Assembly: GCA_934621385.1 (NCBI GenBank)
Contig: CAKTUI010000005.1
Coordinates: 8,109-72,108, forward strand
Source of the DNA: an uncultured Kiritimatiellota bacterium
GTDB lineage: Bacteria > Verrucomicrobiota > Kiritimatiellia > RFP12 > UBA1067
Length of the DNA: 64,000 nucleotides
Direction: 5' to 3'
Part shown: piece by piece, positions 40,259-49,406 of the stretch
Layout of the letters: each line of letters opens with the position of its first letter
Position numbering within the stretch: the stretch's first letter is position 1
Notes under the pieces: generated by a model
The model's database searches: none
Told to the model about the DNA's origin: nothing
Seen by the model: only the letters and a program-made list of their open reading frames with translations
Translations under genes and position numbers: made by a program

Positions 40259-41156
40259 AGGCCTCGACGAGCTGGACGTAGCCCGGGGCCTTGTTGGTGG
40301 AGGTGCGCGTGAGCGCGCTGCCGAGGAGGGCGGCGACGTTCATGTAGCGCATGTTCTTGCCGGGCGCGCCGTGGACGAACGAGGTGACGGTGAGCCCGCT
40401 CTCGTCGTCGGTCGTGGTGCCGTACTCGGCGTACATGCCGTCGACGGCCTCGGGGACGGCGCGTCCGGCGACGGCGATGGCCGCGTCCGGGACGAGGAAG
40501 CCGACGCCCTTCGACGCGCTCGCGGAGTCGGCGGCGGCGACCTTGGCGGAGCAGACGATGGCCTTGATGCCGTACTTGCGGCCGAGGGCCTCGGCGATGC
40601 TGTCGCCGGCGATGGCGGCGTTGGCGGTGTTCGCGTCCAGCAGCTCGCCGTACGCGTCGGGGCCGAGGATGGCGACGATGGTCGCCGGGTCGAGGTCGTT
40701 CTTCTCGGCGACGGCGATGGCCTTGCCGAGCTTGGCGACCTCGAAGCCCGTGGCCTGGGCGACGGCGTTCGTGTAGTCGAGCTTGCCGACGACGAGCTCC
40801 TCGATCTTGGCGGCGATGGCGCGGCCGCCGGCGATGCCGCAGTTGCGGGAGGTCGAGCTGCGGTCGACCTCGAGCAGGTCGGTCTGGCCGATCTTGTAGG
40901 TCACCTTGACGAGCTGGTCGAGCGTGACGGAGGCTGGGATGATGGAGCCGTCGGTCGTCTCGAAGTCGTTGGAGGACTCGTTGAAGACGGTGGCCGCGCC
41001 GGAGAAGACGGGGACCTTGAGGGTCTTGCCCTCGCCCTGCACCTCGGAGGAGAAGTCCGTGGTGAAGAGGCGTGCGAGCGCGAGGGCGCGGCGGGTTTCC
41101 ATGATGGCCTTGGACGATCCGAGGATCAGGCCGGGGGAGGTGAGGGAGGTTGCCAT
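40257..41156 (-). CDS. major capsid protein
   Basis: 299 aa immediately after the protease/scaffold gene. Composition typical of a capsid protein, followed by a strong hairpin. Confidence 0.65.
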   Translation of the reverse strand: MATSLTSPGLILGSSKAIMETRRALALARLFTTDFSSEVQGEGKTLKVPVFSGAATVFNESSNDFETTDGSIIPASVTLDQLVKVTYKIGQTDLLEVDRSSTSRNCGIAGGRAIAAKIEELVVGKLDYTNAVAQATGFEVAKLGKAIAVAEKNDLDPATIVAILGPDAYGELLDANTANAAIAGDSIAEALGRKYGIKAIVCSAKVAAADSASASKGVGFLVPDAAIAVAGRAVPEAVDGMYAEYGTTTDDESGLTVTSFVHGAPGKNMRYMNVAALLGSALTRTSTNKAPGYVQLVEA

Positions 41157-41191
41157 TTGCTGTCGTTTCCTTTCTTGTCATGTGTTTGGGT

Positions 41192-42109
41192 TCAGTGCGC
41201 CTCGGCGAGTTCGCGCGCGTTGGCGACGGCGAAGGCGGCGAGCTCCTCGGGGGTGCGGCAGGCGGCGAGGCGCGAGCGCACATCGGGCGCGTCGGCCGGG
41301 GTCCGCGCCGAGTTGGCGGCGATGCGGGCCTTGGCGGGCGGGGCCTTGACGGCGGCGAGGAAGGCGAGGGCCGTGTCGCGGCCGTTGGCGACGTAGAGCC
41401 TGACGAACTCGTCGCGGTTGGCGATCCTGTCGCGGTTCTGGTCGGCGCAGGCGGCGGCCTCGTTCGCGAGGGCCTGGGCCCGCGCCTCGTCGGCGGCCCT
41501 GCGCAGGGCCTCGATCGCGGCGAGCGCGTCCTCCTCGGTCGCGTCCGGCGCGAGGCCGAGCGCGGTGAGTATCTTGTCCATCTTGTTCTTTCCTTTCTGG
41601 TCCTCAACGGTCTGGTTGTCCGTTCCCCGGCGGTTGAGGACGCAGGAGACGGGAAGGTTGGGCCTGTTGGTGAGGGCGACGGAGTCGAGCGCGAGGACGC
41701 GGTCGGTGCCGTCCTCCAGCAGGAAGACGGGGGAGACGAAGCGGTACTCGCGGCCGGCGACGGCCTCGCGGCCGAGGGCGGTGAGGCGGAAGTCGGCGAC
41801 GAGGCCCCTCGCGGGGTCGGTGCGGAGGTTGGAGGCCCAGGCGTAGGCGCGGGTGCCGCCGCCGATGGAGTCGTGGTCGGCGTCGACGAGGATCTCGGGG
41901 CGGCCCCTGGCGGTCCAGTCGTCGATGATGCGGGCGAAGGCGGCCGCGTCGAGCACCTGGACGACGGTGCGCCCCCCGTCGCCGCGGCCGGTGCGGGCCG
42001 GGTACTCGCCGAAGGGGGCGACCTGCACGGCGAGGGCCTCGCCCTCGGGCGGGAGTTCGGCGGGGGCCAGCCCGCCGGCGCTGTTCACAAGTGTCAGTCT
42101 CTTGTTCAT
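41192..42109 (-). CDS. Mu I-type head protease/scaffold protein
   Basis: VQVAPFGEYP, ILVDADHDS, AYAWASNL, YRFVSPVF and ALTNRPNL follow the Mu-like prophage I protein pattern. The C-terminus is Ala-rich and scaffold-like. Confidence 0.75.
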   Translation of the reverse strand: MNKRLTLVNSAGGLAPAELPPEGEALAVQVAPFGEYPARTGRGDGGRTVVQVLDAAAFARIIDDWTARGRPEILVDADHDSIGGGTRAYAWASNLRTDPARGLVADFRLTALGREAVAGREYRFVSPVFLLEDGTDRVLALDSVALTNRPNLPVSCVLNRRGTDNQTVEDQKGKNKMDKILTALGLAPDATEEDALAAIEALRRAADEARAQALANEAAACADQNRDRIANRDEFVRLYVANGRDTALAFLAAVKAPPAKARIAANSARTPADAPDVRSRLAACRTPEELAAFAVANARELAEAH

Positions 42110-43572
42110 AAGTCTGCGCTCCTCGTTTTCCTGTTCCCCAGCGCGGTGGCCTTGGCGGCGGCGGCGGACATGGCGCGCTCGAGGGCCTTCTCGAGGCCGC
42201 CTGCGAGTGCGGCGGGGTCGATGGCGGCGAGCGCCCGGTCGGCCCTGCGGAGGGCCTCCTCGTAGGGGACGGAGCCGTCGAGGACGGCGGCGGCGACCTC
42301 GGCGAGGAGGGCGTCGGCGGGGGACCGCCCGCCCCGGGCGGCTGGGCGAGGGCCGGGGGCGGCGTTGGCGGCGAAGGCCAGCTGCGGCGCGGGGGCTGCG
42401 GTCACCTCGTAGCCGGTCTCGGCGGCGACCTGCTCGGGCGAGACGCGGTAGCCGGCGGCGGCGAGCGCGGCGATGTTCTGGACGGCGGATCCGACGTCGC
42501 GCTCCTGGCGTGTGCGCAGGGCGAACTGGGCGAGGGCTGGGCGGCCCGGGAAGCGGGCGGCGAGGGCGCGGCGGTCGTACTGGGCGTTGAGCGGGCCCTC
42601 GACCTTGTGGGCGACGCGGCGGACGATGGCGTCCCACACGCCCTCCTGCGCCCCCGACGCGCCGCCGCCGATGCCGGCCGGCTCGGAGAGCATGGTGAGC
42701 ATGCCGCCCGTGCCGGCGAGGACGAGCTGCTTCTGGAGCCACTCGAGCCGCGCCTGGAAGGGCTGGGCGCCGCGCACCTCGCCGAGGGTGCGCACGTCGG
42801 ATCCGTTCGGGAGCGCGCCACTCGCGGCCTCGGCGGCCTCGGTCGCCCGGTCGGCGTACTCCTCCTCCTTGCCGGCCGGGACGTCGGGCGGCATGATGAT
42901 GAAGACCCCGGGGATGCCGTAGATCTCGACGTACGCGTCCCAGTCCTTCTCGGCGGTGGTCGCCCGCACGTACTTGACGAGGGCGATGCGGTTGACGGGG
43001 CGGCGGTTGTCGGCGACGACGTAGTCCTCGGGCGAGAGGTAGGCGCCGCCCCTGAGGTCGCGGTAGCCGACCTGCTCGGCGCGGGGGTTCCAGGCCCAGC
43101 GCGAGGACGCGCCGTCGCGGACCATGTTCCACTGGGGGAGCGGCTCGAGGTGCTCGATCGTCCAGTCGGGCCTGAGCCAGGGCTGGAGGTGGGCGAAGCC
43201 CCTGAAGCGGGCCATGACGAGGTGCTCGATCGCGTCGGGGAGGTTGTCGCAGGCGGCGTAGCTCTCCTCGAGGAAGGCGCGCTGCTCGTCGGCGAGGGCG
43301 CGATCGAAGCCGCGGGCCGTCTCGTCGGCGGTGAGGATCTGCCAGTCCATGTCGGCGACCCCCGCGACGGTGCGCTCGATGATGGTCATGAGGTCGGGGT
43401 CGGTGGCCTCGATGCCGGTCTCGGCGGCGTAGAGCCACTGGAGGTCGGCCATGGCGCCGCGCTGGGCGGCCTCCATGAGCTGGACGGCGCGCGGCATGGT
43501 GAGGCCCCTGAGGGGGCTGTAGGCGTCGCGCCAGGCGAGGGCGCGGGGGAGGGTGCGGACGGGCGGGGTCAT
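42106..43572 (-). CDS. portal protein (DUF935 / Mu gp29-like)
   Basis: ATG at 43572 with ATGA overlap to TerL. 488 aa between terminase and protease. Confidence 0.75.
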   Translation of the reverse strand: MTPPVRTLPRALAWRDAYSPLRGLTMPRAVQLMEAAQRGAMADLQWLYAAETGIEATDPDLMTIIERTVAGVADMDWQILTADETARGFDRALADEQRAFLEESYAACDNLPDAIEHLVMARFRGFAHLQPWLRPDWTIEHLEPLPQWNMVRDGASSRWAWNPRAEQVGYRDLRGGAYLSPEDYVVADNRRPVNRIALVKYVRATTAEKDWDAYVEIYGIPGVFIIMPPDVPAGKEEEYADRATEAAEAASGALPNGSDVRTLGEVRGAQPFQARLEWLQKQLVLAGTGGMLTMLSEPAGIGGGASGAQEGVWDAIVRRVAHKVEGPLNAQYDRRALAARFPGRPALAQFALRTRQERDVGSAVQNIAALAAAGYRVSPEQVAAETGYEVTAAPAPQLAFAANAAPGPRPAARGGRSPADALLAEVAAAVLDGSVPYEEALRRADRALAAIDPAALAGGLEKALERAMSAAAAKATALGNRKTRSADL

Positions 43573-45020
43573 CTGGCTTGGTTCCTTTCGCGGATGAGGC
43601 GGCGGCGGGCGCGGGTCGCCGGGGTGTCGAGGGCGCGCGGCGCGGCGGCGGCGCGGCGCGAGCCCCTCGCCTCGCGGCAGAGGGCGCAGGCCCAGAAGCG
43701 GTCGGCGTGGCCGCCCGCGTCGCGCTCGCCGGTGAAGCGGGCGTGGCCGCCCGCCGACTCCTCCTTGCGGATCCGGCGGAAGTCCGCGTCCACCTCGCGC
43801 AGGTCGGGCACCTTGAGCGTCCGGTCCTCGAGGCCGTGGCGCACGGGGTAGGCCATGGACTCCTTGGCGGCCGGGGTGAAGCGCACGGGCTCGAAGCGGT
43901 GGCCGTAGGTGCGGCGCATGGCCTCGGCGGTCTCCTCGCCGATGCCGGTCATGTCGAAGCAGCACCGCACGAGGCGCCCCAGGCGCATGAGGCGGTCGAT
44001 CTCGGCCCTCTGGCGGCGGAAGGTGACGTTGCGCATCGTCGTCACCTCGGCGGGGACGAGGACGCCCGCGACGTCCGCGGCGAGCCAGAGGACGGTGAGG
44101 TCGGCGTGGCGGGCGTAGTCGACGCCGAGGTAGAGCGGCGCGTCGCCGGCGGGCGCGGCGGCCGTCCAGCGCGTGGTCTCGCTCGGTCGGCCGTCGACCG
44201 TGCCGGTCTTGCGCTCCAGGCGGCCGGCCACGTGGTTCGCGTCCAGCAGGTCATAGCCGATGAAGGCCGTCGCGTCGTTGGCCGGCACGCACATGTACTC
44301 CTGCATGAACGTCTCCTCGTCGGCGCAGCCGGAGCGGATGAAGTCGAAGTAGGCCGCCTCGTCCATGGCCTGGCGCTCGTCGCCGGGCGGCAGCTTCCTC
44401 TGGAGCCGGGCGAGGAAGCCCTGGCCCAGCGCGTCCTCGAGCGTGACCCGGTGGAAGCTGAAGCCCTTCGGGTTGCCGTCCCTGATCTCGTCGATGAGCC
44501 GCTGGAAGTAGGAGTCGCTGCCGCGCGGGGTGGAGAAGATCTCGAGGCAGCCGCCCCAGGTGATGCCCGGGTAGGCGATGGAGTAGAGGCGGCGGGGGTC
44601 GGGGTGGAGGGCGAACTCGTCGAGGACGCGGTCGCCGCGCTTGCCGGCCTGCGCGTCGGGGTTGGAGGACATGGAGTTGAGCCTGAGGCCGTTGCCCATC
44701 TGGAGGACGTAGGCCGAGGAGCCGCGCGCGTCGATGACGCGCTCGCCGAAGTCCTGCGCGCCCGCGTCGAGGATGCCCGCGAAGCCCTTGCAGTCCTCGA
44801 GGAAGAGCCGCGCCTGGATCTCGTCGCGGGAGCTGATCCACGCGTCGAGCGCGGCGGTCCTGAGGGCCTTGCGGCGGACGAGGCCGTAGGCCGTCGCCCA
44901 CGTCCAGCCGATCTGGCGGCTCTTCACGGCGAGCTTCAGGCGCGAGCCGTCCTCGACCCACCTGCGCTGGTAGGGCAGGAGGAGCGAGTCGGCGCGGGGC
45001 TTGACCTTGGCGTTTCCCAT
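43569..45020 (-). CDS. terminase large subunit
   Basis: LLPYQRRWVEDGSRLKLAVKSRQIGWTWA (Walker-A-like) and VLDEFALH (Walker B), with a C-terminal nuclease-like half. Confidence 0.85.
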   Translation of the reverse strand: MGNAKVKPRADSLLLPYQRRWVEDGSRLKLAVKSRQIGWTWATAYGLVRRKALRTAALDAWISSRDEIQARLFLEDCKGFAGILDAGAQDFGERVIDARGSSAYVLQMGNGLRLNSMSSNPDAQAGKRGDRVLDEFALHPDPRRLYSIAYPGITWGGCLEIFSTPRGSDSYFQRLIDEIRDGNPKGFSFHRVTLEDALGQGFLARLQRKLPPGDERQAMDEAAYFDFIRSGCADEETFMQEYMCVPANDATAFIGYDLLDANHVAGRLERKTGTVDGRPSETTRWTAAAPAGDAPLYLGVDYARHADLTVLWLAADVAGVLVPAEVTTMRNVTFRRQRAEIDRLMRLGRLVRCCFDMTGIGEETAEAMRRTYGHRFEPVRFTPAAKESMAYPVRHGLEDRTLKVPDLREVDADFRRIRKEESAGGHARFTGERDAGGHADRFWACALCREARGSRRAAAAPRALDTPATRARRRLIRERNQAR

Positions 45021-45022
45021 GG

Positions 45023-45595
45023 CTACAGCAGGCCGGCGGCCTCCTCGATCTTCCTGAGGGTCTCCTCGGTGAGCCCGCCCCTCGACTTGGCGGAGCGGAC
45101 GGCGTCCTGGACGGCGCTGAGCCGCCGCTCGGCGGCCTCGAACTTCTCGCGTGCGAGGGCGAGGTCGGCCTCGCGCGTGGCCTGCGCCTTGGCGCGGATG
45201 GCGAGGTCGTCGGCCCTCTGGAGGCGATCCTTGATGGCCATGGCGCTCTGGATGAGGCTGGAGGCGGTTTTCGCGTCGGTGTTGAGCGCGGCCTCGGTGG
45301 CGAGGGCCTTGAGGGCCTCGACGAGGGACTCGTCGCGTGTGCACCTGCGGCCGAGCGCGGCGGCCTCGGCGGCGGCGGTGGCCGCCTCGTGCATGCGGTG
45401 CTCGTGCTCGGCGGCGCGCATCTGGGCGAGCCAGGCGTAGAAGCCGGTGCGCGAGGGGGCCTTGGCGAGGCCGAACTCCCGCGCCGCCCAGGCCGCCGCC
45501 TCCTGCCACGGGCAGCGCATCGCCCGGTAGTAGAGCGTCCAGCCCTGCTCCTCGGTGAGGCACGCGGCCCAGCTGTCGGTGCGCGTCTTCTTCAT
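45023..45595 (-). CDS. terminase small subunit candidate (Mu gp27-like position)
   Basis: 190 aa with an N-terminal HTH-like segment followed by a coiled coil. It lies directly upstream of TerL. Confidence 0.4.
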   Translation of the reverse strand: MKKTRTDSWAACLTEEQGWTLYYRAMRCPWQEAAAWAAREFGLAKAPSRTGFYAWLAQMRAAEHEHRMHEAATAAAEAAALGRRCTRDESLVEALKALATEAALNTDAKTASSLIQSAMAIKDRLQRADDLAIRAKAQATREADLALAREKFEAAERRLSAVQDAVRSAKSRGGLTEETLRKIEEAAGLL

Positions 45596-45599
45596 GGCC

Positions 45600-45848
45600 T
45601 CAGAGCCCCTTCAGGCTGTCGCGCCCCGCGTCGGTGATCCCCCAGACGGTCTCGCCGGCGAGGTTCGGCCAGCTCTCCGCGAGCGCCCTGTCGTCGAGGA
45701 AGCCGAGCGCGTCGAGGAACTCGTCCGTCGTGAGGTCGTGCCGGTCCATGACCAGCTCGGTCTCGGCCATGAGCGTCTTCTCCCTCAGCCCGCAGCCGAC
45801 GCGGGCGAGGATCCGCAGGATGGCGTTGTTGAGCGCGGGGTTCCTCAT
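45600..45848 (-). CDS. hypothetical protein (82 aa)
   Basis: ATGA overlap with the upstream gene. MRNPALNNAILRILARVGCGL... looks winged-helix-like. Confidence 0.4.
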   Translation of the reverse strand: MRNPALNNAILRILARVGCGLREKTLMAETELVMDRHDLTTDEFLDALGFLDDRALAESWPNLAGETVWGITDAGRDSLKGL

Positions 45849-46237
45849 TTCCGGCCTCCCCCCGCGACGATGCGCCGGTCGATCATGTCGATCCTCGCCG
45901 AGTTGGCCGCCACGCGCTCGACGACCGGGTCGAGCCGCACGTTCATCTGCCGCGCCCGCTCCTCGCCCCGCGCGTCCATCGCGTCGAGCTTCTTGAGGAT
46001 GCTGTCGAGGCCGTCCGAGAGGCGGCGCTCGACCTTGTCCATGCGCTCCTCCAAGGCCTTCATGCGCCGGTTGCACTCGCCGACCGAGATGCAGTCGGCG
46101 ACCTTGCGCACGGGGAAGGGGCTGGGGTCAGGCTCGATGCGCGCGCGCCGGACGAGCCGCGAGCGGACGTAGGCCGAGACCACGCCGCAGATTGCGCCGA
46201 CCGCGCCGGAGGAGATTGCGATTCCCGTCGTTTCCAT
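45845..46237 (-). CDS. TM plus coiled-coil protein, first gene of the late block (DUF2730-like or holin/spanin-like)
   Basis: ATG at 46237 preceded by gaaggaaa. METTGIAISSGAVGAICGVVSAYV forms a TM segment, followed by heptads. Confidence 0.45.
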   Translation of the reverse strand: METTGIAISSGAVGAICGVVSAYVRSRLVRRARIEPDPSPFPVRKVADCISVGECNRRMKALEERMDKVERRLSDGLDSILKKLDAMDARGEERARQMNVRLDPVVERVAANSARIDMIDRRIVAGGGRK

Positions 46238-46463
46238 GTTGATGGCGTTTCCTTCTGTCTGTGTAAGTTGTCGTGGCCCGTTGCCTTCGCCGGGTGGAGC
46301 CGTACCCGGGGGACGGGTTCGGGGCGTTCCCCGGCCGTCCGGCGCATAGTCTCCCATAAACGCCGTGCGTCGCAAACCCGACGCGGCGGACGGTGCGCAG
46401 GGTCTCGCAGGTCTGTTGTGCTTCGCGTGTCCTCACGCGCCCAACCGTGCGCTCGGCGGGTTG

Positions 46464-46489
46464 TATTTAGTTTCCGCGGCAACTAAATA
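46464..46489. repeat. 26-bp palindrome centred on CCGCGG (one mismatch)
   Basis: tatttagttt-CCGCGG-caactaaata. Confidence 0.9.
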
Positions 46490-46538
46490 TAAAACTTGCC
46501 AAAACAACGCCAGATGCGGCGAAAACGGGCGCGTGGGA

Positions 46539-46562
46539 GTTTTTCTACCGCGGTAGAAAAAC
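46539..46562. repeat. perfect 24-bp palindrome centred on CCGCGG
   Basis: gtttttcta-CCGCGG-tagaaaaac. The 22-nt core is identical to 52409-52430. Confidence 0.95.
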
Positions 46563-46567
46563 TCAAG

Positions 46568-46602
46568 AAAAAAGCCCCCCCGGGCGCGTCGTCCGGGGGG
46601 CT
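46568..46602 (-). terminator. strong intrinsic terminator at the end of the early region
   Basis: Minus strand reads AAGCCCCCCGG-acgacgcgc-CCGGGGGGGCTTTTTTC. Confidence 0.75.
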
Positions 46603-46850
46603 TCAGGGCGGCTTCAGGCCGCCTTGAAATCGAAGTGCCCGTCTCTCCGGGCCGCCACCGCTGTCCAGTGCCTCCACCTGCGGTCGGGTGTGCCGGTCTC
46701 TCCCGGCTGCCAACGCTATTGGCGGTATCCCCTGTCGTTCTGGGGGCATGGGTCGGCCAGGCGAGCCGTCCGGGCGCGTCCGCCCGTCCGTCCCAATACA
46801 CCGACTTCCCTATTCGTGGCTACCATGATTGCCGGGTCAAATCCGTGTCG

Positions 46851-47051
46851 TCACGCGAGCGCGTCCGCGTCCCTCGTGGCCCTGTAGCGCTTCGGGTTCC
46901 GCTTCGCGGCGAGGTAGATGCGCCAGCGGACCGCCGAGCAGAGTGTCCGGGGCGGGGTCTCCGCGCCGTGCCGCCGGTACCACAGGTCGAGCGACCGGCG
47001 GAGCGACGCGGGCGCGTAGTCGCGGACGATGTCGGCCCTCCTGCCCCTCAT
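46851..47051 (-). CDS. small basic hypothetical protein (67 aa)
   Basis: ATGA overlap with the GemA-like gene. MRGRRADIVRDYAPASLRRSLDLWYRRHG... Confidence 0.35.
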   Translation of the reverse strand: MRGRRADIVRDYAPASLRRSLDLWYRRHGAETPPRTLCSAVRWRIYLAAKRNPKRYRATRDADALA

Positions 47052-47617
47052 TGCGCACCTCCCGCGCCGTCGTAGTAGCCGCGCTCCACGCCGTAGACGA
47101 CCAGCACCGGGCCGTCCACCTCGTAGCGCACGCGGTCCGAGAAGGCGAGTCGCCGTGCGCCCGAGCGGCGCAGGATGCGCCGCCGCTCGGTGTCGAGGAT
47201 CCCGACGAGCTGGGCGAGGCGCGTCGGCGCGAGGTCCATCCAGTGGCTCCCGGCGGGGACCCCGGCGCGTGCGAGGACGCCGTCGACGTAGGCCGCCGCA
47301 CCGCCCTCGCCGCCGCCCTTGAGCTGCATGAGCTGGGCGGCGAGCACCCGCACGGTGCGCGCGAGCCGCCGCTCCGCGCCGACGCCGTAGTGCACCGCCC
47401 GCTCCGCGTCGCCCGCGTCGGACCAGAGCCGCGCCATGACCGCGTCGTACTCGCCCGCCGTGCGGAGCTCCCCGAGGCTCCCGCGCCCGGTCTCCTCGCG
47501 GACGACGCGGCGGCGGTAGTCGCGGCACGCGTCCGCCCCGGCGATGCCGAGCCGCCGGCAGGCCGCCCCCGCCGCGAGGCCGTACGAGCGCACCTGCGCC
47601 GCCGTCGGGGCGCTCAT
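47048..47617 (-). CDS. GemA-like (Mu gp16 / DUF1018-like) protein
   Basis: ATGA overlap with the DUF3164-like gene. The DYRRRVVREETGRGSLGELRTAGEYDAVMARL segment resembles the GemA core. Confidence 0.5.
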   Translation of the reverse strand: MSAPTAAQVRSYGLAAGAACRRLGIAGADACRDYRRRVVREETGRGSLGELRTAGEYDAVMARLWSDAGDAERAVHYGVGAERRLARTVRVLAAQLMQLKGGGEGGAAAYVDGVLARAGVPAGSHWMDLAPTRLAQLVGILDTERRRILRRSGARRLAFSDRVRYEVDGPVLVVYGVERGYYDGAGGAQ

Positions 47618-48243
47618 TTCGCGCCTCCCCCTGCCTTCGGCCAGCAGTCCGCGATGTCGAGCCGGATCGGCCGGAAGTCCTCCTGCGTGGAGCCGCGCAC
47701 CTCGCAGGCGAGGTACTGCTTGCCGCGCTGCGGCTTGAGCGCCGCCTGCAGGATCGCCTTCGCCTCGCGCCACTTCTCGCTCGCGACCTCCATGCGCATG
47801 AGCGAGAGCACCTTGCCCGTCGGGAGGTAGCCCTGCGCGTTCGCCCTGAACGCCGCCTCCACCAGCAGCCTCAGCGCCGACACGTCCACCCCGCTCACCC
47901 GGTCCAGCACCCCGTTCACGTACTCCAGCATCAGCTCCCGCGCCCGCACCACGCGCTCGTCGAGCCGGATGTTGTACTGCTGGCGTATCGACACCGAGAT
48001 CAGCCCGTCGAAGCTCTGAGCCGAGAAGTTGCCCTTCTCCCCCAGCCGCTCCTTGCCGCCCTTGAGCGCCTCGAGGTCGGCCACGCTCTCGCCCACCACG
48101 CGCTCCAGCTCCGCCCGCGCCTTCCTGAACCGCGCCAGGATCCGCCGCGCCGTCCGGTCGCGCATCCTGTCGTACTCGCCCACGTACTTCACGGGCACGT
48201 CGTCCCCGTTCGAGTCCCTCATCGTCCTCGTCTGCTTCTGCAT
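47614..48243 (-). CDS. DUF3164-like Mu-phage early protein
   Basis: ATG at 48243. GEKGNFSAQSFDGLISVSI, NIRLDERV, and PIRLDIA near the C-terminus fit my recollection of DUF3164. Confidence 0.7.
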   Translation of the reverse strand: MQKQTRTMRDSNGDDVPVKYVGEYDRMRDRTARRILARFRKARAELERVVGESVADLEALKGGKERLGEKGNFSAQSFDGLISVSIRQQYNIRLDERVVRARELMLEYVNGVLDRVSGVDVSALRLLVEAAFRANAQGYLPTGKVLSLMRMEVASEKWREAKAILQAALKPQRGKQYLACEVRGSTQEDFRPIRLDIADCWPKAGGGAK

Positions 48244-48293
48244 TTCCACTGTCTCCTTTTTTCCTGTTTGTTTTGTGTTTTTGCCTGAAATCC

Positions 48294-49349
48294 TCAGATC
48301 GCGTCGTCCGTGCCGACCGCGATGCGCTCGCTCTCGGCCGCCGCCTGGTTGAAGTGCAGCCAGCCGAAGCGCTCCTTGGCCCGGATGGCCCTGCGCCGCC
48401 CGCGCTGGATCAGCGAGATGAACGCCGTCAGCCCCCCGTTCTTCACGAGGTTCTTGATCGCGCCCTTCGCCGCCATGTCGCCCGGCTCGGGCAGGCCCAC
48501 CGCCTCCCAGAACCGCCGCAGGTCGGCGAGCGTGTAGTTGCCGTCGAAGAACGCCGCCGGCTGGCACCGCCGGAACGTCTGCGCGAAGAGCGGCGACACG
48601 CCGCCGCTCGTCATCTCCGAGTAGGCCACGCGCGTCCCGCAGTAGACGACCCCGCACCTCACCGTGTCCGAGAGCGTCCGGATGCACTCGATGATCGTCT
48701 CGCCGTCGGCCCGCGTGCGGGCGAGCCTGAGCGCGAGCTGGATCTCGTCGAGGAGCAGGGTCGTCGAGGTCGAGACCGCCGCCGCGAGCGCCTCGCGCCG
48801 GCGCGCCGTCGACTGCGGCACGCTCCGCGCCCCGACCGCCTTCAGCAGGTCCCCGAGGAACGCGTTGTACGTCAGCCCCTCCGTGAACCGGTAGTACTTC
48901 ACGCTCAGCGGGAAGAGGTCGCGGTAGTGCAGCAGGCACGCCGTCTTGCCCATCTGGCTCTCGCCGAAGAGCATCCCCGGCTGCTTGTCGAACCGGGCGT
49001 TGTCGATCACCGCCCGGACCCGCTCCCACATGCTCGTCTCGACGAACGGGATCGGCGCGATCTCGCCCTCCGTCTCGAGCCGCACGAGGAAGTTGCCGAC
49101 CTCCTTGACGATGCCGTGCGTGTCGCCCGCGTACTTGCCGGCGAAGAACGGCGAGAGCCGCGCCACCGACACCCCCGAGCGCTCGCTCAGCTTCACCTGG
49201 CTGTTGCGCGGGCTCGCGTTGATCCAGTCGACGGCCCGCAGGGCGACGCGCACCTCGTCGTCCGTCAGGGCCTGCCCCTCGGCGTACCCCCTCAGGGCCG
49301 CCGCCACCTCGTTCCGGTCGTAGACCTTCTTCTGCTGTGTCTCGTTCAT
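48294..49349 (-). CDS. MuB/TniB-like AAA+ transposition ATPase
   Basis: Walker A GESQMGKT and Walker B LLLDEIQ. It lies immediately downstream of the transposase. Confidence 0.75.
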   Translation of the reverse strand: MNETQQKKVYDRNEVAAALRGYAEGQALTDDEVRVALRAVDWINASPRNSQVKLSERSGVSVARLSPFFAGKYAGDTHGIVKEVGNFLVRLETEGEIAPIPFVETSMWERVRAVIDNARFDKQPGMLFGESQMGKTACLLHYRDLFPLSVKYYRFTEGLTYNAFLGDLLKAVGARSVPQSTARRREALAAAVSTSTTLLLDEIQLALRLARTRADGETIIECIRTLSDTVRCGVVYCGTRVAYSEMTSGGVSPLFAQTFRRCQPAAFFDGNYTLADLRRFWEAVGLPEPGDMAAKGAIKNLVKNGGLTAFISLIQRGRRRAIRAKERFGWLHFNQAAAESERIAVGTDDAI

Positions 49350-49406
49350 TGCTTCTTGACTCCTTCCTTATTCCTTGTTTACCGTCGTTTCAACACCGTT
49401 TAAGCC

